Source: Eledone cirrhosa (Eukaryota). Taken from it: DNA of 64,000 nucleotides. This document shows, piece by piece, positions 52,032-63,932 of the stretch (position 1 is the first letter of the stretch; every line of letters starts with the position of its first letter). Where the stretch lies: NCBI GenBank assembly GCA_964016885.1, contig OZ024741.1, positions 173,228,001 through 173,292,000 on the forward strand, given 5' to 3'. The position numbers and the translations under genes are program-made. The notes beneath the pieces were generated by a model. It did no database searches. It was not told the DNA's origin and saw nothing but the letters and a program-made list of their open reading frames with translations.

Positions 52032-55000
52032 CGAAGAAGATATACGTGTTTTTGTTTTGCTCCTGCATTTTGTTGGAATTTATTACGAGAAGCGGTAGGT
52101 TTGTTTAAGCTACTTGTTATTTGTTGTGTTTAACCCCTCGCCTGGGACTGCAGACGTTGGGTAAAATAAATTTCCCCCCTTTTTTGGGGCGAAATTTGAT
52201 AGTTATAAGTTATCGATAAAAAGTCGTTTAGTGACAATGGACGCCATTAACACGACGCATGCCAAGCTCCCCAAGGAAAGTGATAGAGAGAAGGTAGCAG
52301 CACAACGCTGTAAGCCTTCCCTCCTCACTCCCACAAAAGACACCACGGAATCAAAAGAAAAAAATTGTGGAAATGGGTGAAAACCCCAAAAGTAACAATT
52401 ACACAAACAAGAACAACAATGACAATAACAACACAACCAACAACAGCAATAATGACAACACCAACAAAGGAAAAAAGCAAGCCAACACGAATAACAACAA
52501 CAACAATGATAACAACACGAAAGAAAATGGACCCACAGATGCAGTCGCCTTTGCACAGGCGGTTCAAGAAACGCAGACATACAAGGCACTGGACATCTCG
52601 AATGCCAAGAAATTGCTGAAAGAAGCAAGGAATTGTGTAAGTTTCGGGGAAGGTGGGGAATTCACAATTACCTCCCTCGAAGAAATTAGAAGGGACACAA
52701 TCCTCAGGACCGTAATTTTTAGGACAGTTTCGAACGCGACTAGGAAACTGGCTCAATTGTCCCAAAGCGAAATTGAGCTGGTCCTAAGTAGTGCCTGGAA
52801 GGATATCGCTTTCATACAGAAAGGGAAACTGTATGGAAGCATATCTGTTTTAATGCAAGATGAATTGCCGGCACGGAAATATTCTGTGTCGCCAATTGTA
52901 TCCAAAGCATACACCTTTTTCCCCACATATTTGGGGAAAAGAACTCAAAAGATAAGAATCTCGGGCATCAGGCCAAATGCGAGCATTTGGTGGGTGCTAA
53001 CGAGATTCTTAGAAGATGAGGACACAATCCTTTCGATAGGTGAATCCACCGGGGGTGTATTCGGCGGCAATAGCCTTGAAGTTCTGGTCCAAATGAGACT
53101 AGAACGGATAACAAGAATACCGCAGCGTGTGTCCCTGGATGAAGTCGCCTTCATAAACATTTCTGTTGAGGGCAGGCGGCCTTCATGCTACCACTGTTCA
53201 AGAAGTGGTCACCTGAGGGCTTCCTGTCCCCTTTTAAGTGCCCCCCCCCCCCAAAAAAAAGAGACACTTCTGCCCACCCCACACACAACAACACAACCAC
53301 CACCACCACCACAACAACCACAACAACGCGAAAAAATAACACTGTCCCACCCAACCCCTCCCCACCTAAAACAAATACAAAAGCAACCACAACAAAACCC
53401 CAAAATATACCCCTCCCCAACAACACGGACGAGGACCCTTATTAACGTCACCCAGTGACGACGAAGGAGTACCCTTTCAACCTGTAAAAAGAAAGAAAAG
53501 AAGGCACCACATTAACAAATATGCAACAAACAACAACCACCAACACAAACAGAACAAACATCACAAACAAAAAAACCCACCCCTCCGAAAACATAACACA
53601 TACTACAAAACGCAAACACACACAAGAACAACAAACAAAAGCAAACACAACACAACAAAAACAGTATACATACATCAACACAAACAACAAAACACTTGTG
53701 CAAACAATAGACAAAGACCCTTCGGTGGAAACCGAAGGGAAAATGTTCACCAACGTGGCGACTAAACCGCATTTAAAAATGATTAGAGTCCCAAGGGACA
53801 CCTACGCAATGCTCAAACAGAACTTTCCCGAGGACGTAGGGAACCCCTGTACTAGACCTAGCAACCGCATCCTCTTGAAATGTTTCCCCACCACCACCCC
53901 AGACACCCCTCCCCCACCAAACACCCCCATCCACCACACACTGATGTCCCCCACCACATCCCAAACCACCACCCCACCAAACAACCCCGCGTCACCCCCA
54001 TGGAAATTGTGCAGCCTGGTCCCCAGGAGAAGGGCAGGTAGGTGTCTTTTCCTTTTTCTCCACTCTAAACTCTTCACCACCAACATGGCTGTTATAAAAG
54101 TTGGATGTTTAAATGTGCGCAGCCTGGGGATGTCCTGGAAGCAGGGCAAACTCTTAAATGACCTCAGGTCGCACAGAATGGATGTGATAGCTATTTGCGA
54201 GTCCAGGATCAGCAGCGAGTACCAACTGGCCCACATCTTCGACGACTTTGAGATCTATGCATCTTTCTGTCAGCCGGGGGGTGGGGTGTGGGCGGGGTGG
54301 TCGTTCTGCTGCGAAGACACCTGGGCCTCGCAACACGGAGGTACACCTGGACCTGGAGACGTCGGCAGTAGTGAAGGTGGAGCCTTCAGGCTGGTGGCAG
54401 CATATACCCCATCTGGGACACCGGCACCGGACTTCTTCCAACGCCTAGAGACTTTTCTGGGAACGTCTCGCTCCTTGCATTTAGTGGGGGACTAGAATGG
54501 TATCCTGGATGCACGTTGGGACTATGTAGGTGCATGTCCCGATAGAGGGGGGGGGGGATGTAACAGCCTCAAACGGTTAATCGGCCGATTTGATTTGGCC
54601 GATAGATATCGACTAAATTTTCCGACTGTGCCACTGTGGATGTGGACTAATCGCAGCGGAACATCTAGATCATACCTAGATAGGTTCCTAGTTAGAAAAA
54701 AGGATATTAAGCTGTCCACAAATGTTCATGGTTGACTATTCGGATCACAAGTTGGTGACCAGAGTGGTCAACCTTGATAGAACCCATAGACAAGGACCCG
54801 GTTACTGGAAGCTAAACTTGTCCTTACCGACAAACAAAGCTTACAGTAAGCGGATTAGCACTCTAGTTAAGCAGCAGGTAATGGGGGCAATTGTCAACAG
54901 CAGGTGGTGGGGCTCTCTCAAGAGAGCAATTAGAATAGAATCGATAGGTTTTAGTCAGAAATTAGCATTAGATAGGAATAGAACTGAAAGGGAATTGATA

Positions 55001-57718
55001 GATAGAGTAGAAGAGGTGATTAGGAATGGCAACGTTGCCGGCGTGCTGGCGTCAAGAACGGCCCTAGACCAGTTCTTTGACGTGAAGCACGAGGGCTGCG
55101 TTATCAAGAGTAAAATACGTGCTCTGGGTAACAAGGGAGCTAAAGCTGTTAGCTGGGCCCGAGTGACAGAGGAAAAAAGTGGAAACAAGTCCACGATTCG
55201 GTCTTTGAAGGACCAGAATGGACGCGTGATCCTTGAACCTGAGCGGATTGCGCGGCCTTTCAACAGCGCTTTGCATGATTGTTCGGGAGTGGCGGTGGGC
55301 CTGGTGAGGCTATGGATTTTGGTCCATACCTCGACGGTCTGCCACGGCTCTTGGAGGGGAAGGCGAAGGCCTGCGAAAGGCCGATTTCAGCCACTGAGAT
55401 AGGGGAAGCGCTGAGCCAATGCGGAAAATGCAAATCTCCCAGTCTCGATGGTCTACCATACAAACTTTATGTAGCGGACTTATTCTCCGATCTCCTCCAG
55501 GCGTTCTACTGCAACTGGCAACAGAACGGGAGAATTCCCAGTTCTGTGACCAAGAGCGTAGTCACACTGGCGAGGAAGGACGAGAACAAGGGGGATGACA
55601 TAGATAACTTCAGGCCCATAACTCTGCTAAACACAGAGTTAAAGATTTTGGCCAAGGTGTTAGCGAAGAGGTTGGCGCTTGTCGTCGGGAACCTGGTGGG
55701 AGAAGCGCAGACATGCGCAATCCCGCCCAGGTCCATACACGACAACCTCCACCTCATGCGATACATTGTAGAGAGGGTAGGGAACGAACCCGGCTTTGGT
55801 GGGGCACTGATCAACTTGGATCAATCTAAGGCGTTCGATAGGGTCAACCATCAGCACCTGGATGCGGTGCTTGCGGCGGCAGGCTTCGGACCCGTTTTCA
55901 GGGGCTGGAATACTGCAATGCACAGCAGTAACACCTGCTTGAGGGTCAAGGTGAATGGCTACCTCTCGGAGCCGTTCCAAATCGCGCGATCCATCCAACA
56001 GGGATGCCCTCTCTCCTCCCTTCTGAATGTGCTGGCTCTTGAGCCACTACTGTGGAAGTTGGAGCTTTTGCAGGGAATCCCCTTGGAACTGGGATTGCGG
56101 AAAGCGGTGTCGGCCTACGCCGATGACGTGACAGTAATGGTGTCGAGCACCTCGGAAGTTGGGCAGATCGGCACCTTACTGGAGGAATACGAAAGGTTTA
56201 CAGGAGCCAAGCTGAACCGGGACAAGTCCGTCAGTTTGCAACTCGGAACGTGGAGAGGCAAACCGACGTCCTCTGATGGCGTCGTCGGACACTGGACGGA
56301 GAGACCGGTGAAGCTGCTTGGGGTCTGGTTTGCACCGGACCTCCAGGTGGAGAAAAACTGGGATGAGGTAACGGGCAGGGTGTTTGCACTCAGCCAGAAG
56401 TGGGCCGAGTGCAAACTATCCCTGAAAGGTCGAACGGAGGTGGCGAACACTTATATAGCGTCTGTCATCTACTACCGCTTGACCGTCGTGCCTTGCCCAG
56501 CGAAAACGCTCACCAAAATGGAGCACGTGCTCTTCCGATTCCTTTGGAAGAAGCGGGCCTCTTTGGTGAGAAGATCCATCTGCTGTCAACACCCTTCGAA
56601 CGGAGGGCTGACGATGCGTAGACACACGTTAAGGCTACGGCACCTCAAGGTATTCCTCACCAGTCAGCCGGTGTGGGCCCCTTTTGAGGCGAGCCTTTCT
56701 GAGACTCGTCTCACTCACCGAGCTGCAATCCTGGGTCAAGCAAAGACCGAGAAAAATGGGCAACTGGCACATTGAATGTGCCCAGGCGCTCACAGCCCTC
56801 TGGCAAGCGGATCCGGCAATCAGTGGAGAGTCAACCTCAACATTCTATAGAGGGTTGGTGCGCACTAAGACGCTCTCGGAGAGGCTCTGGGCATGGAGGA
56901 AGATGAGCTAGCCAGTCTGTTCGGTAGGACGTTTGGCCCGGGACCGATGGACAACTTCCAAAAGTCCCTGGCTTGGCAGTGCTACCGAGGAGCTCTACCC
57001 GTTCGGGACACGCTCTACAGACATGGGCGTCCGGGTAGGGACCCCTTGAAGAAGATCTGTCCGAGATGCATGCGTGACGAGGAAACCGTCGCGCACGCAT
57101 TTGTACACTGCCCAGGCGTTGCTGACCTGTGGGGCTATGTGGAACGACTACTGTCGTGGGTGGGACCAATCCGGTTGACCACCGAGTACATTGTCACGAT
57201 CAAACCGCCCCCTCCCTTCAAAAACGAAGGAGAGGCGATTTTCCTCTGTGTGATAGCTATTGCGAAAGAGGTTGTATGGTGGACGAGGTTGAAAGGGCTG
57301 AGGTCAGACATTTTTCTCTCCGGCCAACAACTGGTCCTTTTTTTCAAGTACCACTTTGGAAGAAGAATCAGGATGGAGAAAGAGGTGCTGTACCCCAGCA
57401 AGTTTTATGAAAGGTGGGTGAAAATGGCGAGAATGGCCTGAGTGAATGGGCCTTCTCTCTATATCAGCCTGTAGGTGAGAGAGGAGAAGAAAGAGGAGAG
57501 GAAGGGAGCACCCGCTCTTTGTGCTCCTGAGGAGGAGGGTTGCACATTTTTTTAGGGGGTGTGTGCGACCCACGTCAACGCCCCCTCCCTATTGAGGACT
57601 TCGATTGTTGAATTTTATTTGTTATATTTTTACACATCCTTTGAAATGTATGTAAACCCCCCCCCCCCCTTGTATTTGTCCCAATCTTTGATGCCCTGGT
57701 GGCAAATAAATAGAAAGT
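52031..57718 (+). mobile_element. Near full-length Tx1-clade (L1 group) non-LTR retrotransposon: ORF1 (52367-53458, CCHC knuckle) and ORF2 APE-RT-zf (~54085-57441) with stops and frameshifts
   Basis: ORF1 CYHCSRSGHLRASC; ORF2 GCLNVRSL, DYSDHKLV, GPGYWKLN, NFRPITLLNTELKILAK, DQSKAFDRV, QGCPLS, AYADDV, CPRC...ETVAHAFVHC; AATAAA near the 3' end; (TATC)n on both flanks. Confidence 0.93.
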
Positions 57719-57837
57719 TATCTATCTATCTATCTAACTATCTCTCTCCCCCTCTCTTACTCTCTCTCTCTCTCTCTCTCTCTTACTCTCTCTCTTTCTC
57801 CCTCTCTCACCCTCTCTCTCTCTATATATATATATAT

Positions 57838-59040
57838 TGAGAGGATAACAAGGACGATTGGTTACTCCTTCATGACATTTATTGGTATGTGTCTGTCGGA
57901 AAGGTGCGAAACGTGTCCTCCGCTGTTTGTTGTTTTGAATATCTGAGGTATTCAGCAGAGCGCGCGTGCGCGTGAAATGGGGTCGGTCAGGCAGAGGTCA
58001 GCGGCTGAAGTAGTTCTTTCAACTGTGGGAGTGGGGTGGCGCTAGCTGTCAGTCCATTCTCTGCCTGTTTGGTGAATGTTACTGTGTGTGTGTGTGTGCG
58101 TGTGTTGTTGTCTCGCTTGAGTGTGTGTGTGTGTGCGTGTGTTGTTGCCTTGTTCCTCTGTATTGGCAGTGTAGTATGTCCGTATGGTGGAATGCTACTG
58201 TGTGTGTGTGTGCATGTGTTGCTGTCTCGTTTGTGTGTGTGTGTGTGTGCGTGTATTGCTGCATCGTTTGTTAACTTAAACCAACCACCTCATTTCGCTT
58301 CTCTCGGATTGGTTTAATTGTGGCTCTAGGCGTTTGATCCAAAGTGCTTCCTTGATACGTAACGTGCCAACGTTTCTTTCTGTCACTAGAATTGTGACAA
58401 TGGGCCCTCCGTCTTTGTTTCTGCATTTGTCTATGTGTTTCCGGAAAGACGAGGCCCTGGTGTTAGTGTGTTCCTTGATCCGGATGTGCAATATAGTATT
58501 GGTTGCACTTGTTACATTCTATCTTATACACGACGTATGTGCGTAGGCAACAGTTCGCACGGCGCATCGGGCAGTCTCTGAGGGACCACGCATCAGTTGA
58601 TTTCCCGGGTTTCCTGGAGAGGCATCTTCGCAGGGAGGGGCCCGAGTGGGCCAGGTGGATGTCGATCCCTCCCTCCGTATAGCCTTGCGGATGGCGTTGG
58701 TGGTATTCTCGCCCAGGTGTGGCATTTTAAGGAAGCACTTGCCTTGGGTGCCTCTCTGTCTCTTGTGTCTGGTGTCTCCTACTCTGTCTGTGAGCGAGGT
58801 AGGGTACCCGTTCGTCTCCAGCACCTCGAGGAATCGCTTGGTATGAGTGACACCACTCGCGGGATCGCTGCATCTGTTTTTGATTCGCGCGATCTCGTTC
58901 GTGATGTATCCTCTTTTGGCACTGTTAGGGAGGGCGGACTTGTAGTGGACGAACAGGTCCCTGCAGGCTGCCTTTCGGTAGAAGTTGCAGTGGATCCCTC
59001 CCTGTTCCGTGATGTTGATTCGGAAGTCGAGGAGGGCAAG
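57838..59040 (-). mobile_element. Penelope-like element, 5'-truncated: RT thumb, GIY-YIG endonuclease and 3' region, frameshifted
   Basis: Minus strand LD.RI...FYRK..H..SA.P...K, LETNGYP, VYKIECNKCNQYYI, RIKEH, IKEALWIK..P.LN; (TA)n at both ends. Confidence 0.88.
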
Positions 59041-59224
59041 TCTCTTATTACTATATATATATATATATAGTAATATGAGACTGATCAGGGGAATGGACTA
59101 CTTCTTGAACTGACTATTACAAGTAAAAAATTCTCGGGAGGGAACAATTATCACATGGTATAGCGGCCACAGTCGAGACTTTGGAGAAAAAATAGCTATA
59201 TTTTGTCTATTTTTTCTTCACATT

Positions 59225-59655
59225 TGTAATGATACATAGGCAGCAACTACAGAGGATATGTGATGGCTGGAGAGAAATGAAGCAAGCATGCTCCGTTGGA
59301 TGTGCAAATTCAATGTGCGTGAACGACTAAGCATAGATGAGTTGAGAGAGAGACTGTGTATAAGAGGGATAAGTTGTGGTGTGTGGGAGAGAAGACTGAG
59401 ATGGTATGGACATGTGATGTGCATGGAGGATGACAACTGGGGTAAAGAAGTGCCAAGAAATCCCAGTAGAAGGAAGACGCAGTAGAGGAAGACCACGAAA
59501 AACATGGGCGGAGGTGGTGAGAGCAGACCTCAGATCGTTGAAGCTCATGGAGGAGATGACAAAGGACCGTGACAAGTGGAGAGATGCTGTGCTGAATAGG
59601 ACCCGTCCAAACCTTGCAAGCAGGGAAAAGCGGCCGTAAAATGATGATGATGATG
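59225..59655 (+). mobile_element. RTE family B 3' fragment with (GAT)n tail
   Basis: RLRWYGHVM, GRPRKTW; gcaagcagggaaaagcggccgtaaaatgatgatgat. Confidence 0.9.
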
Positions 59656-60169
59656 TATGTATATATATGAATGAAAAATATGGTCAAAGACAGGAAAATG
59701 AACGAATATAGACAGTCCCATCTCATTAATCAACTGCTAGAGATTGTTATTTCAGTGCTTTAAGATATATATATATATAAATACTCATGTATTAAGAAAT
59801 GATCTGTGAAATTTGACATTTACGAGGCACTAATCTCCATTTTTTCCATTAAAGGAAACTAGTGAGTCTATTTTTCTATAATAAAAAAAAAAAAATGAAA
59901 TAAAGTTGTTTCAGAAATTAGAAATCAATCATCCACAAAACTATATATATATATTTCGTTTCTGAATTTGTTTAGCAAGATTCTTTATCTGAAATCGTGT
60001 GTTGAAACCGATATTGTTACACTTTGGGAGGATCATGCTGCCAATAAGAAACACACGCACCAGTTGCTTTCACTTCAATTTAATTTATTAAATATTTATA
60101 AATTTACAAATTTATAAATTTCTGGTTGGTTGGTTGGTTCCACAACCAGATAGTTGTTTATATATATAT

Positions 60170-60214
60170 AGTCATAGTTCTTTCGTCACACACTCTGTGA
60201 CCTCTTCAGTGACT
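60170..60214 (-). ncRNA. Minimal type I hammerhead ribozyme motif (mirror copy of 60349-60393)
   Basis: Exact reverse complement of the plus-strand motif. Confidence 0.65.
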
Positions 60215-60348
60215 GGGGATTTCTTTCTTCGTTTCTGTGCCTTTCCTTTCTTCTATCCTACGCCATTTTGTTTCAACGCCATTTTGTTTCAACAAAATGG
60301 CGTAGGATAGAAGAAAGGAAAGGCACAGAAACGAAGAAAGAAATCCCC

Positions 60349-60393
60349 AGTCACTGAAGAGGTCACAGAGTGTGTGACGAAAGAACTATGACT
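60349..60393 (+). ncRNA. Minimal type I hammerhead ribozyme motif
   Basis: AGUCA-CUGAAGA-G-GUCACA(gagug)UGUGAC-GAAA-GAAC-UA-UGACU: stem I 5 bp, stem II 6 bp, 2-bp stem III, CUA site. Confidence 0.65.
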
Positions 60394-60544
60394 ATATATA
60401 TATAAACAACTATCTGGTTGTGGAACCAACCAACCAACCAGAAATTTATAAATTTGTAAATTTATAAATATTTAATAAATTAAATTGAAGTGAAAGCAAC
60501 TGGTGCGTGTGTTTCTTATTGGCAGCATGACCCTCCCAAAGTGT

Positions 60545-60610
<66 letters not shown>

Positions 60611-60656
60611 ATGTATATGTATGTATGTATGTATATATATAGTTTTAATATAGATG

Positions 60657-60707
60657 AGATTCTACAGGACTAGAACTGTTTCATTCTTTAAAAATCATCA
60701 GGAATCT
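60657..60707 (-). ncRNA. Type I hammerhead ribozyme motif
   Basis: AGAUUC-CUGAUGA-UUUUUAAAGAAU-GAAA-CAG(uucuaguc)CUG-UA-GAAUCU: perfect core, stem I 6 bp, stem III 4 bp, GUA site, weak stem II. Confidence 0.75.
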
Positions 60708-61156
60708 GGGTATTCAAAAATAAAAGTGGTATATGTAGGTCTTTTCAGGTGGTAGGAGAGGGTGGAGAGTGGGATGGGTGTAGGTCATTGGTTGATAGAA
60801 AAGGGAATTCATTAAAGGCTAATTCTTTAAAGCTATAATTTATATTTAGAGTGACAAAGGCAGAAAGAATTCTATAAACAAGTTCAGATTGGGGTGCCAC
60901 TCCTTATTTTTAAGTTTCTCTTAGGCTAACAATGCTTATATTTCAGGTGTCTATAAGATCATTGGGGGTCGGTCATGGATGAAGGATTTAAAAAAAAGGG
61001 AAATTCCTTAAAAGCTAATTCTTTAAAGTTCTACTTAGAGTGACAAAAGCCAAAAGAATTCTATAGACCAGTTCAAAATATTGGGTGTCTATCATATCAT
61101 TATCTTCAAATTTCTCTTAAACTATATTCCAGGTGTCAACAGACACATTCACATTT

Positions 61157-61771
61157 TTCGGATCATTTTTCAATGTTTGTACTCATAATTGACCAACGCA
61201 AGAGACATACAGATACATATGTATATATTGATGTACAGTGGAGTGACATATATTATATTATATTATTTCTGTATAGCAATTCAAATTCAAAATCAAAATC
61301 AAAATTAGAATTAAAACAAAATTAAAACAAAATTAAAATACATTCGGCAGTTAACATAGATAATGCAAGAGGATAGTTTATTAGTCAGATATAGTAGTTA
61401 TTGTATGCGTTAGTTACACGTGGGGCATGCACGTGTGTCTCATTTATATATGATTATTGTGTGGCAGGGTGTTACATGTAATAGAAGCACTTTAAGTGGG
61501 TAATTAAGAGTATTATGGAGGTTGTAGTGGTAAGGTATTTTTTCTGTATATAATAAAATTCACTATCTATGTTAATTGCCGAATGTATTTTAATTTTGTT
61601 TTAATTTTGTTTTAATTCTAATTTTGATTTTGAATTTGAATTGCTATACAGAAATAATATAATATAATATATGTCACTCCACTGTACATCAATATATACA
61701 TATGTATCTGTATGTCTCTTGCGTTGGAAAGGAGGTCAATTATGTGTACAAACATTGAAAAATGCTCCGAA
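61157..61771. repeat. Inverted repeat, ~205-bp arms (61157-61361 / 61563-61771), ~200-bp spacer
   Basis: Arms are reverse complements with small indels. Confidence 0.88.
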
Positions 61772-61809
61772 GACTCCAAGCCTAGGTTTAGATGAAACAA
61801 TTGTAAGTG
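61763..61809 (+). ncRNA. Degenerate type I hammerhead motif followed by AATAAA
   Basis: UGCU-CCGAAGA-cUCCAAGC(cuag)GUUUAGAu-GAAA-CAAUUG-UA-AGUG; core has U4C; palindromic stem III. Confidence 0.45.
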
Positions 61810-61846
61810 AATAAATGCTTTGAACATAGCTTTGATTCTTGTGAAT

Positions 61847-62051
61847 TCTATATATATATATACATACATACATACATACATATATATATATATACACATA
61901 TGTATATATATATATACATATATATATATACATATATATACATATATATATACATATATATACATATACACATATATATATATACACATATATATATATA
62001 CACATATATATATACATATATATATACATATATATATACATATATATATAC

Positions 62052-62084
<33 letters not shown>

Positions 62085-62103
62085 CATATATATATGTATA
62101 TAT
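61847..62103. repeat. (TA)n/(TACA)n compound microsatellite; others at 60550-60640, 62676-63060, 63556-64000
   Basis: Direct inspection. Confidence 0.95.
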
Positions 62104-62675
62104 AACAAAGTGCAGGGCAATAAAGATAGACGGTAGTCACGGAATAGGCAGACCTAGAAAAACCTGGGACGAGCTGATAAACTCCGACATCACACACTTA
62201 CACCTCTCCAAGACAATGTCACTCGACCGAGACCTTTGGCGGTACTCAGTAACAGAGAAGACCCGCCTTACCTAAATATATAGTAAAACCTACTCCAGCC
62301 AGTAGGCATCTCTAACAAAATACACCCCGTCCCACCACCACCACCACCACCCCATCCACACCACCCCGTTCTATGTAAAGTTATGTTGGTGCCGCGCCAT
62401 CGAGGCCGAAACAAATGAGATCGTGTAGGTGTCACGACAAAAAAACACACAGTCCACGCTGTAATGTGGCCGTGTAGGCAACACGGTAAAAACCTCCCAG
62501 ACCCACACTGTAAATGTGGTTGGTGTTAGGAAGGGCATCCAACTGTAGAAAACCTGCCAGACAGTCCTATGCGAGCAAGACAATCACTCTTGCCTCAAGT
62601 GGGACTACCCCCGTCCAAACCCATGCAAGCGTGGAACACGGACGTTAAATGTTGATGATGATGATGATGATGATG
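62104..62675 (+). mobile_element. RTE family A 3' fragment between TA-rich tracts
   Basis: [21 protein letters not shown]...KTRLT, 3' UTR and (GAT)n tail, near-identical to 15283-15840. Confidence 0.95.
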
Positions 62676-62732
62676 ATATGTATATATATATATATATATA
62701 TGTACATATATATATGTACATATATATATATG

Positions 62733-62805
<73 letters not shown>

Positions 62806-62827
62806 GTACATATATATATATATGTAC

Positions 62828-62948
<121 letters not shown>

Positions 62949-62959
62949 CATATATATAG

Positions 62960-63014
<55 letters not shown>

Positions 63015-63016
63015 TC

Positions 63017-63062
<46 letters not shown>

Positions 63063-63341
63063 TGTATATATAGTGTATTTTGCAATACACTGTTTGCTTA
63101 ATTAAAAGCATTTCGAAGACCTTATGCTATTGTTTTAGAGTAGTGACATTCTCACTTACTTTAAATTTTCAGCAAACAGGGGGGAGATAAAGCTGTAGAG
63201 CTATGTTTCGTACTGATTGGTACTTATCAAAGCCAAGTACCCCACCTGTTTGCTGAAAATCATGAATGTTTGATTCTTATAGAATTTCTAGTAATAATCA
63301 GGAACTGATTATACAGAGCGGTTGCCGGTCAAGCAGAAATT

Positions 63342-63552
63342 GAAAATTAGAATTGGCACTCTGAAATAGCTATATAAATATATGAATGTATATACAGTGT
63401 ATTTTGCAATACACTGTATGCTTAATTAAAAGCATTTTGAAAACCTTTGAAGGTCTTCGAAATGCTTTTAATTAAGCATACAGTGTATTGCAAAATACAC
63501 TGTATATACATTCATATATATATATAGCTATTTCAGAGTGCCAATTCTAATT

Positions 63553-63555
<3 letters not shown>
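63342..63555. repeat. Palindrome (~106-bp arms, centre 63448-63449) with a hammerhead-like 3' half; 63054-63123 is a direct repeat of 63378-63447 (324-bp period)
   Basis: GAAA-TGCTT-ttaatt-AAGCA-TA-cagtg at 63459-63485; (TA)n on both sides of 63054-63555. Confidence 0.85.
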
Positions 63556-63603
<48 letters not shown>

Positions 63604-63670
63604 AGCGTGGAAGTTGGACGTTAAACGATGATGATGATGATGATGATGACATATATACACATATACACAC

Positions 63671-63709
<39 letters not shown>

Positions 63710-63764
63710 TACACACACACACACACACATATACATATATATACACACACATATATATATATAT

Positions 63765-63853
<89 letters not shown>

Positions 63854-63932
63854 TACATATATATATACACATATATATACACATATATACATATATATAT
63901 ATATATACACATATATATATATATACATATAC

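Larger units (their letters stand above)
60011..60552. repeat. Near-perfect ~250-bp-arm palindrome (inverted Penelope-type LTR-like), flanked by (TA)n
   Basis: One visible mismatch between arms; duplicated cgccattttgtttcaa at the centre; each arm has a hammerhead motif followed by AATAAA pointing outward. Confidence 0.92.

Noticed and set aside
52203-53801. Cys/Val/Thr-rich ORFs overlapping Tx1 ORF1
   Set aside because: Alternative-frame and antisense readings of AAC/ACA-rich low-complexity sequence.
57890-57965. gcgaaacgtgtc and minus-strand ctgaata in the Penelope 3' region as a hammerhead
   Set aside because: The core halves are on opposite strands or too degenerate; no consistent fold found.
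59225-59655. Idea that this is the displaced 3' end of the 40546-43370 RTE
   Set aside because: It overlaps ~200 bp of the same consensus region with different mutations, so it is an independent copy.
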